Shown here piece by piece: positions 1 through 13,388 of a stretch of DNA of 64,000 nt; the first letter of the stretch is position 1; the number at the start of each line of letters is the position of its first letter. This DNA comes from Chiloscyllium plagiosum (taxonomy: Eukaryota): contig NC_057718.1 in NCBI RefSeq assembly GCF_004010195.1, positions 26,949,631-27,013,630 of the forward strand, written 5' to 3'. The position numbers and the translations under genes are program-made. Below the pieces are notes generated by a model that was not told the origin of the DNA, did no database searches, and was given only the letters and a program-made list of their open reading frames with translations.

Positions 1-221
1 ACTCTACAAATGCTGACATTGCTACATTTCACCAACTTGTCTCAAACCACATATCTTAGCGTGGCTACACAAATAAATCTACCGTAAACAAAGTTGAAGA
101 GCTAGGTTTTGGAAAAGCACAGCTGGTCAGGCAGCATCCGAGGAGCAGGAGTGTCGACGTTTCAGACATAAGCCCTTCATGAACTACCATTAAAAAACTG
201 ATTGCAATATGCTCAACATAC

Positions 222-321
222 CCACAGTGCTGTCAGCTGTCCACCTAGGGCTGTAAGAACTTGACAAAGCCTCTTTAGAAACATGTAATGTTGCTCCACA
301 AGCCCTGCTCCATGAGCTGTT
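222..321 (-). CDS. XPO5: Exportin-5 exon 9 (TAHGAGLVEQHYMFLKRLCQVLTALGGQLTALW); gene continues beyond the window
   Basis: ttacag| ... |gtatgt, 100 nt; HY.FLKRLCQVL matches XPO5. Confidence 0.95.
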
Positions 322-562
322 CTGTAATAAAAGAGAGAAAGAGTTTTGAATCAGTCCTGATATAGAAAAACAAAACAGAGCAGTTCACATTGCATTCCAC
401 AGAATAGACTGTTACAATACAGAATGTCAGCAATAGGCTATTGTGCCGTAATGGATCTCTGAAAGAACTGTTCAATTTAGTCCAGTCACATTATACTGGT
501 TGTTTCATGGTTAGGTTTCCATGCTCAGATTATTATTTAACAAAACTTCGAAAGCATCAACA

Positions 563-880
563 GGGTGGCATGGTGGTTCAGTGGTTAGCACTGCTGTCTC
601 ACAGCACCAGGGACCCAGGATTGATTCCAACCCCCCTGCCTATGTGGAGTTTGCACATTCTCTGTGACTGTGTGGGTTTCTTCCGGGTGCTCTGGTATCG
701 TCCCACGGTTTAGTTGGACTGGCCATGCTAAATTGACCTGTCATGCCCAGAGAAATGTGGGTGAGCCATGGTAATTGCATGATTGCAAGTATAGGGTAAT
801 GGGTGAGATGCTCTTTGGAGGATCAGTGCAGACTCAATGGGCCAAATGGCCTGCATCCACATAGCAGGTATTCTATGATT
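563..880 (+). mobile_element. HE1-like tRNA-derived SINE
   Basis: GGTGGCATGGTGGTTCAGTGGTTAGCACTGCTG head, V-domain-like core and CR1-like tail. Confidence 0.85.
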
Positions 881-980
881 TCCATAATTTCTATAATTAA
901 ACAAAGTCATCACAGGTTTATTAAAGTGAAATCATACTTCACAGAAATCTAAATCTTAAATGGAAATCTACTGGAGGTTT

Positions 981-1220
981 TATAGAGTCATACAGTCAGA
1001 GATGTACAGCATGGAAACAGACCCTTCGGTCCAACCTGTCCATGCCGACCAGATATCCCAACCCAAGCCAGTCCCACCTGCCAGCACCTGGCCCATACAC
1101 CTCCAAACCCTTCCTATTCATATACCTATCCAAATGCCCCAAATGTTGCAATTGTACCAGCCTCCACCACTTCCTCTGGCAGCTCATTCCATACACATAC
1201 CACCCTCTGCGTGAAAAAGT
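981..1220 (-). mobile_element. CR1 3'-end fragment
   Basis: Same sequence family as 24168-24388, in reverse orientation. Confidence 0.88.
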
Positions 1221-1261
1221 TGCCAAAGACACAACTAAAGTTTAAGTTTTTACAGCATCAA

Positions 1262-3090
1262 TAAAAGCAAATAGGCTCATCCTGTCCTCACCAAGCAAAC
1301 ATCCATCTATTCCAATCCTATTTTCCAGCATTTGACCCGTAGCCTTGTGTAATGTTTCAAGAATTCAAGGTTCCCATCTCTACCATCCTTTTAAAGCAGC
1401 GAGGTCCTGATATCCACAAATCTCTGGATGAAATTTGTTTTCCCTCAAAAGCCCTCTAAACCCGATGCTTTTTATTTTAAAACTTTACCCCTAGTTACTG
1501 GCCCTTCTAAGAAGGGGAAACGCTTTTTCCTATCTAATTGCATCTATACCTATCAGAACTTTAGGTATCTCAATCAGATCACTCCTTAGCCTTCGACATT
1601 CTAAGTAAATCAACTCCAGACTACCTATTCTTTCTTCATAGCTGAATCATTCCACTCAGGAAACATGCTGGTAAATCTCTGATGCATGTTCTCTTGTGCA
1701 ATCACAACCTTCCTATAGTGAGGTGATCGTACATGTACACATTATTCCAGTGTGGTCAATCTAACATGATATGTAGCTCCATCACAACAACTTTGCTCAT
1801 ATCCAATACCTTGACTAATAAAGGCAAGTATTTATCCCACATGCTTGCTTAACCACCTTATCAACCTGTTCTGCTGCCTTCAAGGATCTAGGGACAAATA
1901 CACCAAGGTCCCTTGATCCTCTGTTCTACCATTCCTGTTATTCCATAGCCTAATAAAATAGATGAAGGGTGCAATTTATTTGGATTTCAAGGCAGCTTTT
2001 GGCAAGGTCCCACATAACAGGTTAATGGGATACATTAAAGCACACAGGATTTGTAGTAGTCTACTGACACAGCTCAAGAACTAGTTAACAGACTGAAGAG
2101 TGGTAACAAATGGGTCTTGTTGCAGGTGGCATACAGTGATACATGGTGTAGTACAAATCAGTGTTCCTGCTCTAGCTAGTCACGAAACATACAAGTGACT
2201 TGGATGAGGGATTCAACTGCAGTATTTCCAATTTTGCTAATGACATGACCAAGTGGGATTGAGAGTTGTAAGGAGCATGCAAGGAGACTTCAGGGTGATC
2301 CAGACAAGTTGGGTGTCTGGGCAAACACATTACAGATGCAGTATAATGTAGACAAATATGAAGTTATACACTTTCGTATTATATAAAAGGCAGTTTTATT
2401 TAAATGGTGATATTCTGGAAATATGGATGTGCAAAGGTGTCCTTATACACCAGTCAATGACAACAGGCAGGTGCAGCAAGCAATTAGGAAGACAAACGGC
2501 ATGATGGCCAACATTGCAAAAGGATCTGAATTCAGAAGCAGAGATTTCTTACTGCAGTTCTATAGGGCCTTGGCGTGACCGCATCTGGAGTATTACATAG
2601 AATTCTGCACTTCCAACCCTCTACTGCCATACAGCAAATGCAGCAAGGTTCACTAGACTAATAGCAGATGGTAATGAGAGACTGGTTTGATTGAGCCAGT
2701 ATTTCTTGAGGGTAGAAGAATAAGAGATCTGATTAAAAATAATAAAATTCTAACAGGACTAGACTAAATGTAAGGAGGATGTTTCTCCTGGTTGGGAGTT
2801 TTGAACCTGTAATCTAATACTCAGGACACAGAATAGGCCGTTTAGGACTGAGATGGAGAAGCATTTCTTCAGAGTGATCAAACTGTGGATTTCATCACCA
2901 CAGAAGGCTATGGAGATTGGGTCACTTATTATATTCAGAAAAGAGATGGATACATTTTTAGATATTAAAGACACCAACCGGTTAGGAGAGAAATCCAGAT
3001 TACAGCATTCGGAGAGGAGAGATCATATCGAACGGCAGAACAGGGGTTTAAAAGGCCAAATGGCCACCTATTGCTCCAAGTCTGTGAGCC
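1262..3090. mobile_element. Old CR1 fragments back-to-back (minus 1262-1935, plus 1955-3090)
   Basis: Degenerate LDF..AF.KVPH, FANDMT and RPHLEY motifs; CR1 3' UTRs. Confidence 0.75.
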
Positions 3091-3423
3091 TATATTTATT
3101 TTTAAATACAGAAACCACCACAGCTCAGGAACACTCTCTTCAGTCCACCACGTCCATACTAACCATGTTTCTATTTTAACTAATCCTATCTGCCTGCATA
3201 GAGTCTGTAGCTTTCTACTTCCTGCCTGTTCATGCATCTGTCCATCTGTTACAATTGTATCTACTTTTACCAACACCCATAGCAACAGATTCCAGGGACC
3301 TATCAAGTTCTTGCAAAAAAAAGCTTGTCTTTAAACTGTTAAACTTGCCACACCTCAGCTTAAAAATCTGACTATTCACTCCACACACGACTCATAATTT
3401 TACATATTTCTATCAGCTTCTAT

Positions 3424-3724
3424 TAGATTAGATTAGATTCCCGACAGTGTGGAAACTGGCCCTTCGGCCCAACAAGTCCACACCGACCCTCCGAAGAGTA
3501 ACCCACCCAGATCCATTTCCCTCTGACTAACACACCTCACACTACAGGCAATTTAGCACGACCTATTCACCTGACCTGCACATCTTTGGACTGTGGGAGG
3601 AAACCCACGCAGACACAGGGAGAACGTGCAAACTCCACACAGACAGTCACCAGAGGTAGGAATCGTACCCCAGTCCCTGGGGCTATGAGGCAACAGTGCT
3701 AACCACTGAGCCACCATGCCACCC
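3424..3724 (-). mobile_element. HE1-like SINE
   Basis: Same family as 62270-62605, with a (TTAGA)n tail. Confidence 0.88.
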
Positions 3725-4115
3725 ACTCAGTCTCCAATGTTGTAATGAAAGCAATTCAGGCCTAACGTCCCCTTATAGCTAATACATTCCAATCTACATT
3801 TCATTCTCTTTTACACCCTCTCGAGAGTCTCCACACCCTTCTTATTGTATGTGTCCAGATCTGCCCAGGATACCACCAAAAATGGCCTAACTAAAGTTTC
3901 TTACAGCAGCAACATTACTTGCCAACTTTTATTTCAATGCCTGACCAATGAAGGCAGCATTACATATGCCTTTTTTACCACTTGATCCACTTGCGTTGCC
4001 ACAAATACACAAGTCTAACATTAATGTACAGTTTGTTGAAAAGCAAATTATGTCTGTCAAGTAAGTAAACTTATGATTTTAACATCCTTTTTCTGACTCC
4101 AAGGAAACCACTTAC

Positions 4116-4192
4116 TGTGCAGCTGATAAAATGCAGTGCATGGCAGCATCACTAAAGAGGACTAGAAGCGGCTTACGATCCTCCAGCTTACC
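4116..4192 (-). CDS. XPO5: Exportin-5 exon 8 (GKLEDRKPLLVLFSDAAMHCILSAAQ)
   Basis: tag| ... |gtaagt, 77 nt; matches human GKLEDRKPLMVLFGDVAMHYILSAAQ. Confidence 0.96.
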
Positions 4193-4949
4193 CTAACAAA
4201 AAAAAGCAAAGGTCATTCAGCATACATTTATGAAAATTTAGCTATCGGCCAAAGCTTCTGCCTTTGACATAAAGTAAATAGAAACACTGAAGAAAACTGA
4301 TAAAGTTAAAGACATAACCTGCAATACAAGTTTCAAACAGACATGGATGTTTGAAAGGACAATTTAAGAAACTTAAAAGCAAATTCAACCTTTGAAAGCA
4401 ATTAAAACAATTGATTTTTGATCAGGTATGCTTAAATATTGAGATCTCATTCATGGTTGCTAGTCACTTTAACTGAGCAACCAAAATAGTAATGATATGC
4501 AAACCAATTGTTAAGCTGTCAGCTAAACTTGCACGGTTAATGTCCATAGATTTAATTATAAAAGGAATATTAAGCTGAAAATACAACACAAGAGCACCAC
4601 TGGAATGCTGAAAATGTAAGAATGCACTAAATACATAAAATAATTTGGCTTTCAAATACTGCTCATCAATATTCTCAATTTAAATCTTGACCCCACAGAA
4701 ACTGATCTTCTCATGTTAGTCCAACTTACATAATTCCCATATTATGAAAACATCCTGTACTATTTGAAATGATTATTCAATTTACATTTCTTTAAACCTT
4801 ACTATAAAAAGCAAAGAATAATTAGAAGTTCATTCTACTTTGGGCTTAAACTCAGACTTCAAATTCCCAACCTAAAATTTAGAAACTTAATCATTTATCT
4901 TGTGACAATGCAGTCACTTTGAAAGGTTATTTTGTCTTTTTTATTGAAA

Positions 4950-5492
4950 AGAGGTTGTGAAGTAGAGCACCAAGCAGTCTACCAGAACAAGTAGCGTAAA
5001 CAACTCATGAGGCCTTGGATTGTGTTTTTTAAAAACAGCCCAAATGGGTGTGGTCAGCTCAGATCAGGCCTTCCAGTTTTTTTCTCTTTTAGCTTTGAGC
5101 AGTCAGAAGATGTTGACATCTCAAAACAGTCCGAAGCTTCAGTATACGTCTCTTGGCTGCTCCACTCTTTGAAATCTCTTGATGTTTTTTTCTCCTGGAT
5201 TGGAGAACTACATGTAAGAATCTGCGTCTGAATTTGCCTTTTTTTGCTAAGGGGTATGTTTACGGGTAATGTATCTATTATTCGGTTAAGTTATTCTAAA
5301 TTTCTCTTTCTTTTGTTTGTCTTTCAACTCTAGTGCTTAAACAAATTGTGTTTTGCTTAACAGAGTAGTTTGACCAGTCGCATTGCATCTGGAACACAGC
5401 ATTTCATGCCTACCTTTAAAAATAAGAAGAAAAAGTTCAGGTCTAGGCTACCCTTCTAAAATATTTTGAGGGGGTCTGCTCTGGTTTATATC
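4950..5492 (+). mobile_element. Probable solo-LTR remnant next to XPO5 exon 7
   Basis: LTR-like composition ending GAGGGGGTCTGCTCTGGTTTATATCA; pattern recognition only. Confidence 0.35.
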
Positions 5493-5515
5493 AATCTTTT
5501 GCTAGAAGATATTAC

Positions 5516-5701
5516 CTTTCTGCTAATGGCAATAAGCAGACATTCCGCTGCTTCGAGCTGCAATTCGGGTTCTGTTAATAACATACATAGGACTTCAAGT
5601 AGCTTGCAGCTATCAGCCGTAATATGGTGCAAAGCAACCCAGTCCACATATCCAGCCAGGGTATTCAGAGTAGCTACTGCAACACGACAGTGTGCCTTGG
5701 C
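5516..5701 (-). CDS. XPO5: Exportin-5 exon 7 (AKAHCRVAVATLNTLAGYVDWV...EAAECLLIAISRK)
   Basis: ttag| ... |gtaata, 186 nt; LNTLAGY.DWV and AAECLLIA.SRK match XPO5. Confidence 0.96.
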
Positions 5702-6058
5702 CTAAGGAAAATAAATCTGTAGTTTAGAAACTCAGCTGCAAAGCATTCAAACAAACAAATGCATGATTTATTCACCATGTATGGAATCTATAAAGACATT
5801 TAAAACTTCTGCAATGATTGTTGCACATTTTACAAATGGGAGTTATAGTAGCAAGGTATCTAGCCATGCTCCTTTAAGCAGCAGGGAGAAACATAACACA
5901 AGTGGAGTAAAAAATAGCTTCTTAACCACCCAGCAACTTGAACTTTGCACAACACCTTAGTAACTAAAAAGCTTCAATGCAAAATTATGCTAGTTTGTAA
6001 AATTTGCACAATCTCTTGGAAAACAATTAATCATATAAAAAAACAAATTGTTACCCAC

Positions 6059-6085
6059 CTTATTTTCTTGAGTAGTGTCTGCTTT
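6059..6085 (-). CDS. XPO5: Exportin-5 exon 6, 27-nt microexon (KADTTQENK)
   Basis: ttacag| ... |gtgggt; fills the gap corresponding to human KTDTSQESK. Confidence 0.9.
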
Positions 6086-6281
6086 CTGTAAGAAATTAAA
6101 AGATATTAGAAGCAGTTATTTCACAAATGGCAAAGATTATAAATAGAACATGGAATTGACCATTTATGGGTTTGTCAGTTCAAGTACAAGATCATACATT
6201 AGGTTCTGATTGCTCCAGAGGACAGCTTATGAAATTCAAGAGTTATTCTAGTATTATCAGCAATTATTATATAGTAATTAC

Positions 6282-6464
6282 CAACTGTTTGTAGCTCTGA
6301 GTGTGCTCCTGCAAGATGTCCAAGAGAAAACTGAACAGCTGCATCATATTTTGAGTTAATGCATGCTGTATGTCCTTACGACGCTGAGCAGGTATGGTCT
6401 GGAAAGTCACCACATCTTCCACTAAGCGCAGAAGGATCAACATCACCAATTCAGTTTGTGTCTC
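6282..6464 (-). CDS. XPO5: Exportin-5 exon 5 (ETQTELVMLILLRLVEDVVTFQTIPAQRRKDIQHALTQNM...YKQL)
   Basis: tag| ... |gtaatt, 183 nt; Xpo1-like domain sequence matching XPO5. Confidence 0.97.
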
Positions 6465-6989
6465 CTAAGATAATTTAAAAGTTACATTGTATACATGGAG
6501 AAAAGAAGAAACAAGGATACCAAATACTTGAGGATTTCAACATATGCACACCAAAAATTTTCACTAATTTATTTTTGTTACTTATCGAGTGATAGTATCA
6601 TGAAGGAGCTATAATCCATCTTCTACTTGTCAGCTAATGTTTGTACTCTACCACTAAACACGCTATAAAAGGTTTTGACAGAGTGGATGCACAGAGTATT
6701 TCCATTTAGGAGGAGAAATATTAGAGGTCATTCATAGGAAAGGATTATCATGAACTCAAACAGGAAATTCAAAAGAAACTTGTTCACATGACTTTCTGAT
6801 TAAAAGGTGTCAATAGCACTGAGTGGTTGACTTGGACATTAAACTCACATTTGAGAAGAAACTAATAAGCATAACTGATAAGGAAATAGAGGATAATGCT
6901 CATTGCATTAGTAGGATAAGGAGCCTCAAGTGGTACACGAACAGCAACATGAGTTGACTGATGCTTTTTTGTGCAAAACATTCTTTGTA

Positions 6990-7207
6990 ATTGTACGTAT
7001 GGCATGAGCTACCAGAGAAAGTGATGCAGACTGATACAATTGCAACACTTAAAAGGCATCTGGATGGGTATATGAATAGGAAGGGTTTGGAGGGATATGG
7101 GGCGAGTGCTGGCAGGTGGGACGAGATTGGGTTGACATATCTGGTCGGCATGGACGAGTTGGACCGAAGGGTTTGTTTCCATGCTGTACATCTCTATGAC
7201 TCTATGA
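6990..7207 (+). mobile_element. CR1 3'-end fragment
   Basis: Matches the CR1 3' UTR with a CTCTATGACTCTATG tail. Confidence 0.88.
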
Positions 7208-7335
7208 TAAATAAAGATGGAAATGAGAAAGTGAAGTAGGAATTAAGAATATATTAACAGCACAATATTTTTACCAACTGTTACAAAAGAACATATTCAC
7301 TTTGGAGAACCTTTTATTGGCAGCTTTGGACTTAC

Positions 7336-7473
7336 CCCCATGGCAGTCAGTTTATCCATTTCATTTAGCATATCTGGCCACTGCTGTGGCCATTCACGTT
7401 TGATCATTTCTACTACGATTCGGGAAAGTGCATCCTTAATGTAAGCTTCTTCCACCATAATATTATGAGTACC
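7336..7473 (-). CDS. XPO5: Exportin-5 exon 4 (GTHNIMVEEAYIKDALSRIVVEMIKREWPQQWPDMLNEMDKLTAMG)
   Basis: cag| ... |gtaagt, 138 nt; IKDALSRIVVEMIKREWPQ.WPDML matches XPO5. Confidence 0.97.
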
Positions 7474-9652
7474 CTGAGGATGCAGAAGAAATGAGTCACC
7501 AACATTTTTTTTTTCATTTTTCAGGTTTACACAGATTCTCAAAGACCAACCTGGGTATCAAAATGGAACTACAGTCCTGTGGTAAGCAAACAAAAGCGCA
7601 AGTTTACCAAAAAAATAATTTTTGCACAATATCTGAAGATTGATGTGGAGATTGCTACTGATTAATACTGATTGACAGTTAATAGCCAGGCTTTGTTTAA
7701 ACTTCAACAAACATGCCAAGCTTGATCTATTGGTTCCCCCATGAAGATAATCAATATAGATTACTAATAGCTGAAGTACTAGCACCAATTCTTGTGGAAT
7801 GGTTTGTCATCACAGTTGTCAACACAAAAACGACCCACTGATTTTTACTGCTTTCTATTAACCAATCTTGAGGCTAATTTGATATTCCCATTACCTTGAA
7901 CCCTAATTTTGTCAATAATCTCATTTGGCATCTTTTTCCAATGTTTCATAAAATCCAAAATCAGGTTGATGACTCTTTTTTCCAACCTGCTAATTACAAC
8001 CTCAAAAAGTTCAACAAATTTGATTACTGCAATTTTGTTATTGCTTCTTAAATAAGTAAGATATTCTAGCATTTGCCCTACTGCCAAATTACACCGACGT
8101 AAAGTTCCCTGTTTTCCCTGCAACTCCTACCTTGAATAGCCTGGGGATTTCTGGAAAATAAAATAGCTCTCTAGGTACCTCAAATTAGGAACCAGGCCAT
8201 TTGACCCATTCATCCCATTATTTCCAACAGTTTTATTTTCAGTAGCTGTTTGATCATACAAAAGTGATAAATAACGCGTTACTTGCTATGGAGCCCACGT
8301 TTATTGTCCATCCCTAAATGCCCTTGAGAATGAGTCATTGCTCAATTGTTGAGTTTATACAAGCCATACAAATATATTTTTGGAGAAGTGAATACAGGGC
8401 ATTAAGTTAGTGCCGACAGATAGAATTAAGGTCAAAGATCAGCCATGATTGTTTTGCATGGCACGGTAGGTTCCAAGGATTGAATAGCCTACTCTCACTG
8501 CTAATTCGCATGTTCTATTAACTAATTCGCAAGTGATGGAATTATCATCTATGACCATTCTTAAGTGCGCCAGAGCAGAGATACACACAAATAAGAGACA
8601 CCAATGAGACTTGCATCAGGGATCTTTTACTGAGAAATGCTCAATGTACATGCAGTAATCTGGATGAGGCAGATATTGTGATTTCCTGCATCACTCTTTC
8701 ATCCGACCCAGAACTTGGATCTTGCCTGAATCTATAAGTGAGATCAGCTCATTGGGTTTCCCAGTTTATCAGCATAGGAGGGTCAGTTTCCATGAAGGAA
8801 AGCATTCCAGATGCTGGGATTTGATATAGTGACAGCCAGTGCATGGCTATGCTGCAATATGCTAAATTGCCAACATGATCCTAGTGTTCTGCAGACCCAT
8901 GCTAAGAACCCCTCTATGTGCTAGTTCCTTATGTTAGAAGTACTAAGGATGTTCAATGTTCATCAGTGCAGTTAAGTTGCTAACTTTCGTCGGAGATATT
9001 CCAGAAGTTTGAACACATTGCTTTGGATTACCCAGCTTCTATCAATATTAATGGAATTATCTTAGGTTGGGTTTGCTGTGGTGGATAATTGTTTGTTGTT
9101 TCATGTTACTAGTTGTTGCAAAATGTTCTTAGCAGCAGAGGACCACCAAAGGATGGAAATGAGAAAACAACAGAACACAAGAAATCATGTTTCTTTACTT
9201 CGAAGCTCCCAATCGCAGCTTGGGTCTCCTGAGCCTCAATTCCCCAATTTCATTCATACTCAAGTCACCAATGTCATATCTCATCTTATCAGGTGATTTC
9301 AAGGAACCCTACCTGCTTGTCTGTCCATGAGCAGTTTGCACTTTGTGTGATGCAGTTTTCCACAGCAAAGGGGAAATCCTTTGTCAGGGATAGTGCTGTG
9401 CAAATACTCAAACATAGAGACAGAGCCAGAGACAATTATCTGCCATCTCAGACTGAACGTTGCCTTCAGTGTTCTCAGTTGTTAAAGGGCATTCATAATT
9501 CAGAAACGGAGATAGTCCGTGTTTTCAAGATGCAATTTATTTGGATCTTTCAGTGAGCACCCTTAACTTGGGAACAAAGGTTTTCACAAGTTTCATTGTA
9601 AATGATGTATTATTTGTTCAGCGAAGTCAGAAAAGCAAATAAGACAACTTAC

Positions 9653-9725
9653 ACGGGATAGAAGAGTCATCACACTATTCTTCAGCTGGACTTTATCACG
9701 GTGTATCATACCATTCCAGCGAAAC
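9653..9725 (-). CDS. XPO5: Exportin-5 exon 3 (FRWNGMIHRDKVQLKNSVMTLLSR)
   Basis: tag| ... |gtaagt, 73 nt; phase continues exon 2; matches human FRWNGMSRLEKVYLKNSVM. Confidence 0.95.
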
Positions 9726-10478
9726 CTAATTTTGAAAAACAATTAAAGGAGTTGTCTTCACTATATCATTCTAAAAACACCATACAATCTTATTTGTTAC
9801 TTGAGAGAATTATGTATATTTAGGGACAAAAAAAGTTACAATAGTCAGCATTATTATCACTTGCAAAGAATGGCAATATACAGAAGCAAGATCTGGAAAA
9901 ATGTAAAATACAACAAATGGGATGAAGGAAAGGCCCACGGATTAATAATTACACAGATGGAGAAAATTTCCCTGCTTAGACATTATGGAGGACAAGGACG
10001 AGGAGAAGGAGGAGGAAGAGGAGAAGAACGAGACGTGAACAAGGATTCAATCCAAATTTGCTTTGAATAACCATTTGGTCCGTGGAAATAAATATATACT
10101 TATGTTCATGTATCTACCACAGTGGAAATCAAAGGCCAAAAATTTTGTACTGGTAATGAAGATGAAATGGTCAGTTATTTGTTGTTTATTTATTTCATTA
10201 GCCATTGACTGCCTTGTGAAAAAAAATCCTTAAATTCCACCATAAATTAAGGCATAATTGGGTTTTTAAATGGCATACTTACTTCATAATTACTATGATC
10301 CATCCTCACTAACCCTAAAATGCTAATTTTATACTGTGCTGTATCACACTTTTCCATTACAATGAAACTATTCCACTTTTCTTAAGTTTATAATCAACAC
10401 TATATTTCCTATTTAAATCCAATTAATTACTGAACCAATTTGAACTGAACTTCCCGATTGACTGTCAGAGAAGATATG

Positions 10479-10587
10479 TGATAAGCATCCACAAGTTACC
10501 TCAGCTGCCTAAATCCTGAGATTTAGAACTACCTCATTTCTAAATCTCAGGGTTTAGGCAGCTGAGGCAACTTGTGAATGCTTATCA
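10479..10587. repeat. Near-perfect inverted repeat (50-bp arms, 9-nt loop)
   Basis: The arms differ at 3 of 50 positions by manual alignment. Confidence 0.92.
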
Positions 10588-11078
10588 TTTCTAAATCTCT
10601 GAGTAAGCTTTTGGTCGTTTGACTTAATATTGCCTTATGTGGTTCATATTTTATTTTATTATGCTCTTGTGAAGTGTATTTAGACATTTTTATTACATCA
10701 AAAGGTGCTGTAAACATACAAGCTGTTGTATATTACATCCCAGGTAGTAGGATGTAGAAGTCAGAGCTCACCAGATTTTTGAGCGTTGTTTTTTTACATG
10801 ATCTGAGGCAAGTATCATTCATTTACCATTGACTGAAATTTTGAAACCCATGGCCATCACTAGGTTCCACTGAAAGATGAATGTGTCAGTGCTCATTCAA
10901 ATAAATGCACACAATACAACTAATAAATAAGATTTCATAAAATTTCAAATTTACAATTGCACAAGGTCCTTATTTGTACTATACTTTGTACATAGTATTA
11001 ATAGTATAATATAATTAATAATTGGTTCAATAGCATTAGAGTCTACAGGATATTAACTATGCAAGAAAAAAAACTCAC

Positions 11079-11200
11079 TTTATAGAATGCTCCAGAATCT
11101 GAAGGCCAAAGTGGCGGACAATTCCAGTATTATTTTTCTCAGCCAAACGTAGCCCACACTGCACTGTGTGTGGACATTTTTCCTTAAACTCTTCACAAAA
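11079..11200 (-). CDS. XPO5: Exportin-5 exon 2 (FCEEFKEKCPHTVQCGLRLAEKNNTGIVRHFGLQILEHSIK)
   Basis: cag| acceptor and |gtgagt donor, 122 nt; importin-beta N-terminal motif VRHFGLQILEH. Confidence 0.96.
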
Positions 11201-13388
11201 CTGCAGCATTAAGAGAAATATACATCAATTCAGTATGCTTGTACAATGTCACCAACCTTAGAGAATTTTTTTTTCCAGCAAGTCAAATGAATGCAGTAAG
11301 CCTCTCAGCAAGCCATTTTAAAATCGAAAACTACTGCGACTGAATGCTATAAATACCAGGATGGCAATTCTAAACTGACACTCCGGCTCAATGTATGTTT
11401 AGCATCCAGCCAGAGGAACATCAAGTCTACGTCAGTAATGGCAGTGTGTATATGCACCATACTGGAATAGGAAGTTTGTGCACTTAATATCACTGTCATG
11501 GACCTAATGTCACTACCCTGCTCATCAGTTGCTCAGTGAGTAGGGCAGCAGGTGATCCAGCAAAATCCCTCCTGAACGTTTCTCTGGGTCTGTAGCTTTA
11601 CAAATAAGTTTCATGTGAATAGGGCTATGACACCAATTAAAAACTTTTATGTATTAAATTGATATGCTACGAAATTGCTCTATGTTTTCATGATTCCTTA
11701 TATCTAAAAACTAGGCATTATAAAGTTATGCTGTGTAAACCAGTATACAGGTCTGCCACGTTACTTCATAGATATTGTGATATTGTGACTGCATGAGTGG
11801 TGAATGCAACCTCTGCAGTTGCAGCAAATGTCGGCAATAAACTATAACTGAAGTACAATTACATGCTGTTTTGTTGCTAACAGAGCCACAAGTGAAAAGC
11901 TTGTTTGAACCTTTGCTAATCTTAAATTTTGATAGAACTGCAGCTATTCATGCAAGAAACTGTTGTAATTCATTCCTCAATCAGCAATGCAAACAGGACT
12001 GTTTAACCTTACCCTTCATACTCAATGATATTTGCAGTGCAAATTACAACTAATGTCCATTATTCATTGACTTTGTTGATGAAGAATCATGGGCAAATAA
12101 TTCGACTCACATGAATTAGCTGGGTGACTGGGTAATTAGTTAACAGATTAAGGTTACATCTTGTTAATAAACCTGTTAATGAAAATAACTGTCTTGCTTC
12201 ATACCTCACCACCTGGCTTAGATCTATTTAACATTAACAGAAAATGGGTGCCTAAAAATGAAGATTGGAAACAGAGAAGAATTACTTTTCAGACAAATGA
12301 CTATAATTGAAGCTACTCTTTAGAATGGCTGAAAGCACAAAAAGGCCTCAGGATAGAATTTTCCATCTATGTTCTTTGAATTTAAGCGTTATGACCAATG
12401 GGAGAAATTTAAATAGACATTATGGATATGGGTTACATCCTTACCAAAGATGATTCTTGCCTTTGCAATGTCACTTTCTATCAATGGCAGGATGGATGCA
12501 AACTAATTTGAAAGCTTGAGAATTCAGTTTGGCATGGAGGAAGGTTTGGATGATCTATTAAGTCTTTTAGATAAAAGGTTTCAGATGCATATGGTCAGCT
12601 ATTGACCAATTTAGAAAGATGGATGGTTATTCTACAGATTATATAATCTTGGCCTGTTTTAATTTTATGATATAAAGTATATTTACAAATTTCTGGTTCA
12701 ATGATGGCTTTCAATTTATTGCCCAGTACCTGGTGTTAACTGGAGCAAAATTCTCAAATATTTTTCATCAAATTCCTTGGCTTTGGGGGAAAAACATTCT
12801 CTAGTTATTTTCTGGATTTTTATAGTACAAATGGGGCATTCAGTAATGTCACAAAAAAACAGAGCATTCAACATTCCTAGAATTTCAAGATCAATCAGAC
12901 ATGGGAAACAGATATCAACACAACGGAAGAACCACAGACAAGAGGATGGAGATCTTTTTGGCAGATCTGGCTGGTGCCAGGAATGGAGTAAAAATGGAAG
13001 CAGGAATGCCTGGGCAATTACAAAGAGATGTTTCAGCTGTGATTTGAAATGTCATCATGCAATAAATGGCCCAAATTGGAAGAAGTGTCTGAGGAAAGAC
13101 CTGGAAAAAGAGAAAGAACATTGATCAGCCCTGAGGATATATCCAAAAAAGCTTCAGTGTGGAACAAGAGTTATAGTCATAAAATCATGAATTGCTCTGT
13201 GGTGCAGTGTTTGCACATCCACAGTATGGGAACATGGGACTGTGATTCCATAGCTATTACGGAAACATGGCTAAAACATGCTCCTGTTTCCTCCTACAGT
13301 CTAAAAATGTGCAGGTTAGATTGACTGGCCGTGGGAAATTTGGGGTTAGAGCAATAGAAGAGGGATTTGTTAAGATGCTCTTTGGAGA

